64,000 bases of DNA from contig JBEKCB010000026.1 of NCBI GenBank assembly GCA_050015075.1, positions 12,526 through 76,525 on the forward strand, read 5' to 3'. Position numbers and translations under genes: made by a program. This document shows, in pieces, positions 29,841 to 39,700 of this stretch (its first letter is position 1; the number at the start of each line of letters is the position of its first letter). The notes beneath the pieces are model-generated. The model worked only from the letters and a program-made list of their open reading frames with translations, did not search any database and was not told the DNA's origin. The DNA comes from Candidatus Brocadiia bacterium. Lineage in GTDB: Bacteria > Planctomycetota > Brocadiia > CAIUPP01.

Positions 29841-32267
29841 CTAATCCATCAACTGTCTAAGGCAGACGAAAAATTCCCCCAGTTTGCCTGGCTGAAATCC
29901 CTCGATCAGCGTTGCGATCAGCACACAGAGCAGGATCACACCACCGACGATTGCGGCGGTTCGGAACAACCTTCCTTTCCTCTTCGAGCTCGGCGCCATG
30001 AACACGCAGCCGAGGACCGCGACGCCAGACGCCGCGACGTCATTGAGGGCGGCGGCCACGACGTAGCGGGGGGTCTTTCCCAGTTCGGCGACGAGAATCA
30101 GGCCGTCGCTGTGCCTTCCGAAGGTCACAGCCAGGCTACCGGCCGGGACGGGCGGCGTGTCAATGATCACGTACGAGTAGTAGTTCCGCAGAAGCGCCAG
30201 CAAGTCCTTGCAGCGCTGGTACAAGGGGGCTTCAAAGCCCGCGTCGGGGCCGATTTCCAACGAAGGCAGAATGTCCACGTTGTGGATGGCCGTCTCATAA
30301 ACGCGGCCATCGAGCTTGAGTCCGTCCAGGAGCACCTCGCGCAGGCCGGACTGGACGCGGACATTCATCGCCAGATGCAGAGAGGGCTGGACGAAGTCGC
30401 CGTCCACGATGAGGATGCGTCCGATCTCCACCTCGCCGAGGGCGGCGGCCAGGTTGAGGGCAAAGCTCGTCTTCCCAAGCGATGGCACTGCTGACGAAAC
30501 CGTGATCACGCGTGGCGGCCGTCCGCCGTTCAGAGCCAGCAGCTTTGCGCGAAGATGACGAAACTCGTTGGCAATGCAGCCGGAAGGGCCGTGGACCATC
30601 GCGAGGTCGGGCGACGGAGGCCCCCAGTGTCCGGGAATCCGCACGAAGTCAGAGACAGCTAGTCGAGGGACGCCTTCAGTTGCCGGACCATCCGCACATG
30701 GGGCCGGATGCGCCGTGCCTCGGCCTTCGGGGCGAAGCATGGCCCGGGGCCGAATGGCGCCAAACGCGCCGATGTCGCCCAAGACTGGGACTCTGAGGAA
30801 TGCAGCCGCCTTTTCAACGGTCCGAAATGATCCGCGCTCCTGGAACGTCACAAGCGCCAGACCAATTATCAGCCCTCCCAACAGACATGCGAACGCGAGC
30901 GGCAGGCGGTTGCTATCGTAAGGCTCCGCCGGCTCGAGCGCGCGCGCGATGATCTCCACCTGCGCGCCGTTCGGCTCGAACTGCACCCGGCTGAGGTTCT
31001 GGAGCGCGAGCAGGCTCTTGTGATAATCCTCGTAGACCTCCTTGGCTTCATCGTGCTGCCGCAGAATGTCGTCGTACTGCTTCTCCTCGTCCACCACCTT
31101 CCGGATGGAGGCCTCATTCGCCATGATCAGCGCCTGGGTCTCGCGGAGCGAGGCCTCCTCGGCCTTGATTTCCTGTTCCGCCGTCATCCGGGACTGGAGG
31201 AGTGTCTGATACAGCGGGTTGATGGTCTCGTGAATGCCGTCAGGTACGCGTTCGGGCGTGTTTTTCAGTTGGGCCTCGAGCGCGGTGATCTCGTCTTGGA
31301 CGCCCCTCACCTGCGGGTCCTCCCGCGCGTGCGTCGCCAGCAGGGACACCAAAAACTTGTTCCGCGCGACGAGCACGTCCTGGAGTTCCTGTCGGGCGGG
31401 GTTGTCCACGGTCTGGACGTCACTCTTGATGGTCTTCTCCACCTCATTGATCTGCCGGTCTATTTCGGTGAGTCGGTTTGGACCGGCGCTCAGCAGAAGC
31501 AGATGCGCGCCCTCGCTGGTCCGCAGCGTCTGAAGCGTGGCCAGAATGCCGCGTTTGACCTCGGGCAGTTCGGTCCAATGCTCGCGAGTGTACTTATCCA
31601 GCTCGATGTTCATCTTCCGGATGATGGCGAGGTTGTCGTCGCACTGCGTCTTGAAGTAATCAATGGCCTGCAGGGTGTCGTCGCGCGAGTTTCGCTGGCT
31701 TTCCTCGACGTAGTTGTCGGCGATCGCGTTGGCGATCTTCTGCGAGGAGGAGGCGTCCTTGTCCATCACGGCGATTTCGATCAGGTCCACGCCGCGCCCT
31801 TGCGCGACCATTCTGATCATGATGGAGGTCTTCAGTTTCTCGTATTCGTCTTGCCAGTCGTCGGCGGTCTTGAGGTCCACGTCCAGCCTGAGCTGTTTGA
31901 TGACCCTGTCGAGGTTGGTCCAGGTGAGGATCTCCGCCCGCATCGTCTCGATAGGGACAGGACCGTTGTTGCGGATCATCATGCTCCCGGCGGCGGCGTT
32001 GGTGAGGGCCAGGTCTTTTCTTTTCACGAGCGCGGTAGCGCGGTATTTTTCGGGGACGGTCTTCCACATCGGGAGGATCAGCAGCACGCCCAGAGCCAAC
32101 GGCCCGAGCAGCGCGTACTTCCTGCGATGAATCATCCTGCGGATAGATACGCTCAGCGGCGGGGCTGTTGCGGACCTCCCGGCTTTCCTGGGAGCGCCGC
32201 ATTTCGGGCACGCTTTCGCGCGATCGGACAGATCGCCGCCGCACTCGATACACTGGATCAGCGCCAT
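29841..32267 (-). CDS. Wzz/GumC chain-length-determinant and CpsD/CapB tyrosine-kinase-like fusion with N-terminal zinc ribbon
   Basis: CIECGG...CPKCG; TM-periplasmic coiled coil-TM; Walker A SAVPSLGKT, LIVDGD, VIIDTPP. Confidence 0.8.
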   Translation of the reverse strand: MALIQCIECGGDLSDRAKACPKCGAPRKAGRSATAPPLSVSIRRMIHRRKYALLGPLALGVLLILPMWKTVPEKYRATALVKRKDLALTNAAAGSMMIRNNGPVPIETMRAEILTWTNLDRVIKQLRLDVDLKTADDWQDEYEKLKTSIMIRMVAQGRGVDLIEIAVMDKDASSSQKIANAIADNYVEESQRNSRDDTLQAIDYFKTQCDDNLAIIRKMNIELDKYTREHWTELPEVKRGILATLQTLRTSEGAHLLLLSAGPNRLTEIDRQINEVEKTIKSDVQTVDNPARQELQDVLVARNKFLVSLLATHAREDPQVRGVQDEITALEAQLKNTPERVPDGIHETINPLYQTLLQSRMTAEQEIKAEEASLRETQALIMANEASIRKVVDEEKQYDDILRQHDEAKEVYEDYHKSLLALQNLSRVQFEPNGAQVEIIARALEPAEPYDSNRLPLAFACLLGGLIIGLALVTFQERGSFRTVEKAAAFLRVPVLGDIGAFGAIRPRAMLRPEGRGTAHPAPCADGPATEGVPRLAVSDFVRIPGHWGPPSPDLAMVHGPSGCIANEFRHLRAKLLALNGGRPPRVITVSSAVPSLGKTSFALNLAAALGEVEIGRILIVDGDFVQPSLHLAMNVRVQSGLREVLLDGLKLDGRVYETAIHNVDILPSLEIGPDAGFEAPLYQRCKDLLALLRNYYSYVIIDTPPVPAGSLAVTFGRHSDGLILVAELGKTPRYVVAAALNDVAASGVAVLGCVFMAPSSKRKGRLFRTAAIVGGVILLCVLIATLIEGFQPGKLGEFFVCLRQLMD

Positions 32268-32327
32268 TCTGCCACGCTCCTTTCGTCCCCTCGGCCAGCC
32301 CTTCTGGCTCTCTCCGACCAACAGCGA

Positions 32328-34718
32328 TTAGTGGGAGGCATACGCGCCTATGTCCGCAGACGTGCCGGCAACATCAAGCCGTGGGTTGCCGTCTTCGTCG
32401 GCAGAAGGCGCGGCGGAAGCGCTCCCGGCAGCAATACATGGGGAACCGCCCGTAAGACGGAAGTCCTCACCCGCTTCGCTTACGAACAGCGGATCTGCGT
32501 TGAGGTTGCCTTGTCCCCACGTGAGCGTGCACCCAGGATCCTGTTCTACACCAGCCTGCCCGTGTTGCACGTCGTTGTAACTGATCGTAAGGCTGCTCGG
32601 CATCGAAGTGTCGCTGCCGAGATAGAGGGCAATCTCAGGCCCACTCGCAGCCCCATTCGTGGCAGTGTCGTTCCAGAGGATGCAGTTTGTGAGAGTGGCT
32701 TTGGAGCTTCGTTTAAGCGCGACACCGCCACCGATAGGCGCCTTGTTCCCAGTGATCGTGTTATTCACGAGATTCGCTGTGCTACGGAAGTCAACGGAGA
32801 TGCCGCCCGCTCGCCCGGCTGAGCTGTTTCCATAAACAACATTATTACTGATGGTTCCGGTGCTGTAGTCCGTCCATGTGATGCCGCCCCCGTCAAAAAA
32901 AGCGGTGTTTTCCGCTATAACGTTGCAATCAATTATCCTGGGTCCTGGATTTCCCGCGTAGCATGAACTGGTAATGCCTGCACCTCTTTCTCTGGCGGCG
33001 TTCCTTTGGATGATGTTCCTCACGACCATAACGGCAGAAGCGTCCAGCATGATGCCGGCGCCGGAATGGGTCGTGATATTGCCCGTAATCGTGTTGTCGG
33101 AGATCGTTGCGGACGACGACAAAAGGCACAGGATTCCGCCGCCATTGGTACTAATGCCATTGCCGTTTTGGACGGTAAAACCACTGACGGTCACACCCGT
33201 GACTTTGTTGAGCGTGATGCAAATCCCGATCTTATTGCCGTCAATGATGCTCTTGCCTGCTCCCGCGCCCTGGAGCGTCAAGCCGCTATGTGTGTTTCCT
33301 ATGGTGATATTCTCCTGGTAGATTCCAGGATCAGCCCACAATGTTACTCCCGTACCGATGTCGGGATACTTATTCAGCAGCGCCTGAATGTGCCGCATCG
33401 GTGTTCCCGCTGTCAGACCATCGTTCGAATCGTTGCCGGGTGCCGTGCACTGGCCCTCCGAATCTACGGAGTCGCCGTTGACATAACAGGTCTGGGACTG
33501 GGCAAATACGGCCTTGGGTGTCGTGACGACAGTCGAGGGGCCGCTCGGGACCGCCGGCATTTCAGGAACGAGAGCCGAGTTGTCCGCGGGCGGTTGGCTG
33601 ATGCTCTTTGAGGCCGACGGCGTCGCAGGAATCTGCTTCTTGTTTGACTGGGATACCAAATGATTGAGGACGAGGGCCAAAACAACGATGCAGAGCGTTG
33701 CCGCGATGATGGCGACCGGACGCCGGCGCTTCCGGCGGATTCCGCCGTGCGGCCCGACGGGAGACGATCCCGCGGCGATGCGGTGAAGGTCGGCAACCAC
33801 GTCATTCATGCTCGCGTACCGGTCGCGATGCTCCCGCGCCATGCATCCTTCGGCTATCGTCACAAGGCCGGGCGGGCCTTTCGGATTCAGCCTGGTGATC
33901 GGTTCGGGTGGACCGGCCAGTATCTGCTTGATGATCATCTCAGGCGTGCGGCCGACGTACGGCGGCCGGCCGGTCAGCATTTCATAGAGTATCGCCCCCA
34001 GGGAATAGATGTCGCAACGCGTGTCTTCCGCTTCGCCTGCAGCCACGGCCGGGGACATGTATGCAGGCGTGCCCACAGACTGGTTTTGCCGCACGTCCAG
34101 GACAGAGTCATTGAATACCGTGCGCGCAAGGCCGAAGTCGGCCAGACATGCGCGACCGTCTTGGCAGAGCAAGACGTTCCCAGGCTTCAAGTCGCGATGG
34201 ATGATCCCTTTCGAGTGGGCATAGGCGAGGGCCTCAGCGATGCCGCTCACGATCTCAAGCGTCGCGTCGTAACCCAGGGGCGTTTTCTGGGCGAGCCGTT
34301 TGGCGAGACTGCCTTCCGCAATCAGCGGCATCACGAAATAGGGTTGCCGGGAGGCCTCAGAGACTTCGAGCACGGGTAGGATATTCGGGTGGCTCATTCG
34401 TCGCTGATGCTGCGCCTCGACCAGGAAACGATGGACCAATTCGGGCGCGTCGAGAAGATCAGGTCGGAGCACTTTGATCGCGAACAGGTTGCCGTTCTTG
34501 GCATCCCTGGCCAGAAACACGATCCCCATTCCGCCGATGCCCAGAATATCGATCAACTCGAAATGCCCGACCACTCCCATGATCCCAGGATGGGGCGGTG
34601 GCCCGATCACTCGCCGCCGCAATAGCCCTTGAACAGGGTCGAGCGATTCCGACATCGGCAACTGCCGGCCTGGTTCAACCGATGGGTCGGGTTGGTCCGC
34701 CACTTCGTCTTTCCTCAA
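32328..34718 (-). CDS. Ser/Thr protein kinase with TM helix and extracellular parallel beta-helix domain
   Basis: GIGGMG, AIK, HRDLKPGN, DFG, GTPAYMSP; C-terminal GGGI...NTITGN repeats ending DIGAY. Confidence 0.92.
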   Translation of the reverse strand: MRKDEVADQPDPSVEPGRQLPMSESLDPVQGLLRRRVIGPPPHPGIMGVVGHFELIDILGIGGMGIVFLARDAKNGNLFAIKVLRPDLLDAPELVHRFLVEAQHQRRMSHPNILPVLEVSEASRQPYFVMPLIAEGSLAKRLAQKTPLGYDATLEIVSGIAEALAYAHSKGIIHRDLKPGNVLLCQDGRACLADFGLARTVFNDSVLDVRQNQSVGTPAYMSPAVAAGEAEDTRCDIYSLGAILYEMLTGRPPYVGRTPEMIIKQILAGPPEPITRLNPKGPPGLVTIAEGCMAREHRDRYASMNDVVADLHRIAAGSSPVGPHGGIRRKRRRPVAIIAATLCIVVLALVLNHLVSQSNKKQIPATPSASKSISQPPADNSALVPEMPAVPSGPSTVVTTPKAVFAQSQTCYVNGDSVDSEGQCTAPGNDSNDGLTAGTPMRHIQALLNKYPDIGTGVTLWADPGIYQENITIGNTHSGLTLQGAGAGKSIIDGNKIGICITLNKVTGVTVSGFTVQNGNGISTNGGGILCLLSSSATISDNTITGNITTHSGAGIMLDASAVMVVRNIIQRNAARERGAGITSSCYAGNPGPRIIDCNVIAENTAFFDGGGITWTDYSTGTISNNVVYGNSSAGRAGGISVDFRSTANLVNNTITGNKAPIGGGVALKRSSKATLTNCILWNDTATNGAASGPEIALYLGSDTSMPSSLTISYNDVQHGQAGVEQDPGCTLTWGQGNLNADPLFVSEAGEDFRLTGGSPCIAAGSASAAPSADEDGNPRLDVAGTSADIGAYASH

Positions 34719-35223
34719 AGTGTAACGACTCTGTGCCCTCTTGCATCAGGCGTCGCGTTGGCTCGTCCACCCACTTCTGAGTCTGTGTCCATTCGAACCC
34801 TTCCAGCAGGGCGCTGTCCTCCAGATTGGAGATCCGGCGCCCGCATCGCACGAGGGCGGCCGCAATGCTGGCGAAATAGAGGACCGTAGCCACTGGCTGG
34901 GGCAGAGCGCTGTCCGGGTGACTGCGGTTTCTCTTGGCGAACTCTTTCGTGAGCTGGAGCAGTTCCACGGGCGGGTTCGGATGTTGAAGCAGATCTTGAA
35001 AGCTTCGCAGCACAAGCCCCTCAGCTTCGGCTAACGCTTTGAGTTTCGGTGTTATGGCAGCGTCGAGCGTCGCGAGGTCAAACCGAACCGGCGCGGACAT
35101 CTGGTGCCGGTAGATAGACGCCAGTTCCTCCGGCCGCCACGCCCTCAGTGGAGGGTCAGCAACGTCGAACAACTTCGCCAGCGAGGCGGGCGTGGCTGAG
35201 CTGATGCGGTCCGGGTAACTCAA
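34675..35223 (-). CDS. Hypothetical helical protein between ECF sigma factor and kinase
   Basis: GGAGGAG RBS; 182-aa ORF overlapping the kinase start. Confidence 0.7.
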   Translation of the reverse strand: MSYPDRISSATPASLAKLFDVADPPLRAWRPEELASIYRHQMSAPVRFDLATLDAAITPKLKALAEAEGLVLRSFQDLLQHPNPPVELLQLTKEFAKRNRSHPDSALPQPVATVLYFASIAAALVRCGRRISNLEDSALLEGFEWTQTQKWVDEPTRRLMQEGTESLHFEERRSGGPTRPIG

Positions 35224-35280
35224 CGCCTTGGTCTCCTCCGCTGAACGCTTTCATACGTAGATACGCAATATCGGTCGCCA

Positions 35281-36015
35281 TCATGCGTGGGCCCGCGAAA
35301 AAATCTGACGAAGCTCCTGCAATTCCTGCTCGACCTCCTCCTCCGCATATTCGCTCATGATTCCACGCAGAATCCGCGCAAACATGCGCTTCGCAGTAAT
35401 AAGCAGATTTCCCGCCTGCGTCGGCGATTCCAGCCCCAGTTTCTGGACCAGCGTCTCATATGGAAGAGGCTCGACTTCGTCGAGGATGGGCTGGACAATG
35501 CGACTCTCGAAGATGATCCACAGGTCGTCGCGGCCGCCTGCCTTGCATTCGGCCTGCATGTCGCGCAGCGCACGAGCGAGAATCTGCCGGCCCCATTCCA
35601 CGTCGAAAGCCTCGGAAGGCCCGTCCGCAGGGAAGGCTTCGTCCGGATGCTCTTGGATGTCCAGCAGCCGGGCGGGGGATCGTCTTCCGGTCTTTTCGCG
35701 TCGTATCTCGCTACGGACGTAATTATTGAGCGCAGTCAACAGAAACGTCCGGAACTTGCCGCGCTGCGCGTCGGCGCGAGCCACCAATTGCCGCTCCAGA
35801 ACTTTGCTCGATATAAACCCCTGAAGGAGGTCTTCGGCTCTCTCGGGATCCGTGCCTTTTTGAACCAGGTGGGCTTTAAGAGCCGGCATATACTGCAGGA
35901 GCAGTTGTTCCAGCGCAGCCGTTCGGTCTTCGGGCTGGCCCTTTCCGGCCCGCAGGACGAGCGACCATCGAGTAGCCGGGAAGAACCGTTGAGGCGTCCC
36001 CTCACGGCCGTTCAT
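35281..36015 (-). CDS. ECF sigma factor of the kinase-associated type
   Basis: FPATRWSLVLRA, AEDLLQGF, RGKFRTFLLTAL, FDVEW. Confidence 0.88.
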   Translation of the reverse strand: MNGREGTPQRFFPATRWSLVLRAGKGQPEDRTAALEQLLLQYMPALKAHLVQKGTDPERAEDLLQGFISSKVLERQLVARADAQRGKFRTFLLTALNNYVRSEIRREKTGRRSPARLLDIQEHPDEAFPADGPSEAFDVEWGRQILARALRDMQAECKAGGRDDLWIIFESRIVQPILDEVEPLPYETLVQKLGLESPTQAGNLLITAKRMFARILRGIMSEYAEEEVEQELQELRQIFSRAHA

Positions 36016-36270
36016 AGCGTCCCCTCACTTGCGCGGCGCAGCAGATTATCACCGGTGCCCCCGCGATTTGCAAGCAAAAAGATCTGCGCAGGATTTGGTC
36101 GGTCGCTGCGTAAATATCGGTGAGAACCGGCATCATCTCCGGTTTTTGAAAGAATAAGAAAGGCAATGAAGGCGTCATCGAGACGGTCGGCGATTGTCGC
36201 GGCAGGGGTGCTTAACTTCCGCAGGTAAAGTACCATTAAAAGTATTATAAGAACAGGAAATCGGCGATTC

Positions 36271-36395
36271 GTGATAATCGGTGGAGGAGCCGCCGGCCTC
36301 GCCGCAGCTTACGAGCTCGTGGGAAACGGCTGCACTCCCATTATCCTTGAGAAGACAGGCAGCCTCGGCGGCCTTGCCCGGACGGAAAGCTATAT
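36271..36395 (+). pseudogene. FAD-dependent oxidoreductase N-terminal fragment
   Basis: IIGGGAAGLAAAYEL...ILEK...GGLARTESY, after which the family pattern stops. Confidence 0.65.
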
Positions 36396-36745
36396 CGCCC
36401 GCATCGCCGCCGCTCATTTCACGGGCCCCGCCTGGCGTACTACCGGTAGTGCAAGAGCTGAGTCATTTGTCGGCGTCGCGTTATCAAAAGTGCGCTGCTC
36501 CGCCTGCTTGTCTGGCACGCCAATTGCGCTTGTGCTGAATAAGGCCAACGCAGCGCGATCGGCGGACATTGGCTCTCAGAAGCTTGGCTTCTCAACGGGT
36601 TATGGATGAACGAGTTACGACTTGCGATCGGCCGTTGCATCAGCCAGGGGATTGTTGCAGCATGGAACAAGAAATGCATCACAGTGTGTTTTTTCGAGCC
36701 GGATCACGATCCACCTGAGATATTCGATTTTTTCTGGAGCAAAGC

Positions 36746-39700
36746 ATGGCGCATCTCAGTGATTCTGCGCTGATGGTTCGGCCGGAGCCAGTGCCGGCGC
36801 CCGCAAAGACGCCGCAGCCTGCCGCCTCGCCTGTCCAAGATCAGTCCGCCCTTGAAGGACTGCTCTATCCGATCGTGATCATCAAGCGGCAGGCATGCAT
36901 CTGCTTCATGAACGACGCGGCCCGGCGCCTGCTCGTCGAAGGGCTCGACCGGCGGCTGGCGGCTCATATCCACGACAATCCGGATATGGGAGCGATCACG
37001 CAGGTGCGCTTCACCCTCCAGAACGGGCACGACCTGTTCCTGGAGATTCGACTGGGGGAGATCGAATGGCGCGGCGAAAAGGCGACGCAGGTCTCGATCT
37101 CGGACGTGACGCCCTACCAGGGCATGATCCAGGGGTTGCTGAAAAAACTGGAGACGCAGAAGGAGGCGCTCGAGGAACTCACTGCTCGCCGGTCTGAGGC
37201 TGAGCAGCAACTCGGCGCGCACAGCGAGGCGCTGGCGAAGCTTCAAGCGGAACTCGAGGCCGAGTCCGCGGCCCGCACTAAAACGCAGGAAAGCGCCGGC
37301 CTGCGCGAGGAACTGGATCTCGCCACGCAGGAAAAAGCGCGGCTGCGATCGGACGTGACCGCACTCATCCGCGTGCGCGAGGAATTGAAAGAGTCCCGTC
37401 TGCGGCTGCAAAAACAGGTCGAGGAGCTTCAGGCCGCGGCGCCCCGGCCGCAGGAACAGGACACCGCCGGACACGCGGAACTCGAAGAGCGCGCAAGGTC
37501 GCTGGCCGCGGAGCTGGAGAAGACCCGCTCGGAACTCGAACTGGAAGCGCGCAAGTCGGCTGAAGCCGGCCGGACATGGGAAACGGAGCGCGCCGGGTTC
37601 TCATCGCAAGCCGCCGCGCTTGCCGCGTCGCTCGAACAGGCCCGCCGGCAAACCGATGAGGAAACCTCGCAGCGCCGGCAAGCGCAGGTGGATTTCGAGA
37701 AGGCCCGCGAGGCGGCCTCGGCATCCGAAGAGATCCAATCCAAGTTGCGGCAGGAACTGGAGGCGCTCCGGCGCGACCGGGCGCAGATCAGCTCCCACGG
37801 AGAGGAGAAATCCGCGGAGGTCGCAGAACTCCTCGAAGAGAATAAGCGCCTGGCGCACGACCTTGCCGATCGCGCCGTCAGCGAAGCTGGCGCGCATGAG
37901 TCGGAAGCCGGCCGAGCCAACGAGAAGCTCGCTGCACAGGTCGAGGCGCTCCAGTCCGAACTCTCCGCCGCCGCGGCCGAGCGCGCCGGACTCGAGTCGA
38001 GCGCCGCTGCGCTTGCCGCAGCGCTCGAACAGGCCCGGCAGCAGACCGAGGCGGAAGCCTCGCGGCGTCGGCAAGCGCAGGCCGATCTCGAGAAGGGCCA
38101 CGCCGCCGCGGCCACATCCGAGAAGACGCGTTCCGAGTTGGGCCAGGAATCGGAGTTGCTCTGGCGCAACCTGGAGCACCTCAGCGCCCTCGGAGAAGTG
38201 CAATCCCTGGAGGGCGTGGCACTCCTCGAAGAGAATAAACGCCTGGCGCGGGATCTGGCCGAGCATACCCCGCGCGAAAGCGTATTGGCCGCGGTGTGCG
38301 ATGCGCTTCAGGAGAAGGCCGAGGCGCTCGCCCGCGAACTCGCGGCCGCACGGCAGGAAACCGAGCGCGCCGTCAGCGAAGCTCACGCGCGCGAGTTGGA
38401 GTCCGGCCAAGTCAACGAGAAGCTCGCCGCGAAGATCGAGACGCTCCAATCCGAACTCTCCGCCACCGCGACCGACCGCGAGGAACTGCAGCGCGAGATC
38501 GTCAATCGGCTTGCCGATGACTCCTCCGTACGCGACGAGATGCAGGCGGAGGTTGCCCAACGGCAATCGCTGGAGAAAGAAATCGCAGCGTTGCGGCATG
38601 ACTTGGCCGCCTCAGAGCGGGCCCGGGCCGAAGCGGCCGCGATATTCGAAACGCTGAAAGCCGAAGCCCGAAGCCACGCCGACGTACTGGCCTGCGCTCG
38701 CGAGGAAGTGGCCGAGGCGGTCACGCTCGCCAAAGCGCAGCAGAAAAAAGCCGCCCAAGCGGAAGCGGAAGCCGCCTCGTTCGCTCGCGAACTGCAACAG
38801 GTGAAATCCGAATCGGCCAAGACCATGGAGACGTTGAAGGCCGGAAGCGAAAGCTACGCCGACGCGCTGGCCCGCGCTCGCGAGGAACTGGCCGAGGCCG
38901 CCACGCTTGCCAAAGCTCAGCAGGAAAAAGCCGCCGGCGCGGAAGCGGAAGCCGCCTCACTTGCAGACGAACTGCAAACGCTGAAATCTGAATCGGCCAA
39001 GGTGATCGAGACTCTGAAGGACGAAAGCGCAAGCCACGCCGATGCGGCAGCTCGCGCGCGGGAGGAGCTGGCCGAGGCCGCCACGCTCGCCAAAGCTCAG
39101 CAGGAAAAAGCCGCCCAAGCAGAAGCGGAGGCCGCTTCTGTCGCGCACGAACTGCAAACGCTCAAGTCCAAATCGGCCAAGACGATTGAGACGCTGAAGG
39201 CCGGAAGCGAAAGTCACGCCGACGCGCTGGCCCGCGCTCGCGAGGAACTGGCCGAAGCCGTAACGCTCGCCAAAGCTGAGCAGAAGAAAGTCGCCAAGGC
39301 GGAAGCGGAAGCCGCCTCGCTCGCTCGTGAACTGCAAACCGTGAAGTCTGAATCGGCCAAGACGATGGAGACGTTGAAGGCCGGAAGCGGAAGCCAGGCC
39401 GACGCACTGGCGCGCGCTCGCGAGGAACTGGCCGAGGCTGCCCAGTTGGCGAAAGTTCAGCAAGATCGGCTCGCTCAAGGGGAAGCGGAAGCCGCCTCAC
39501 TCGCTAGCGAATTGCAAACGGTGAAGTCCGAATCGGCCAAGATGATGGAGACGTTGAAGGCCGGAAGCGGAAGCCAGGCCGACGCACTGGCGCGCGCGCG
39601 CGAGGAACTGGCCGAGGCTGCGCAACTCGCGAAAGTTCAGCAAGACCGGGTTGCCAAAGCGGAAACGGACGCCGCTTCTGTCGCGCACGAATTGCAAACG

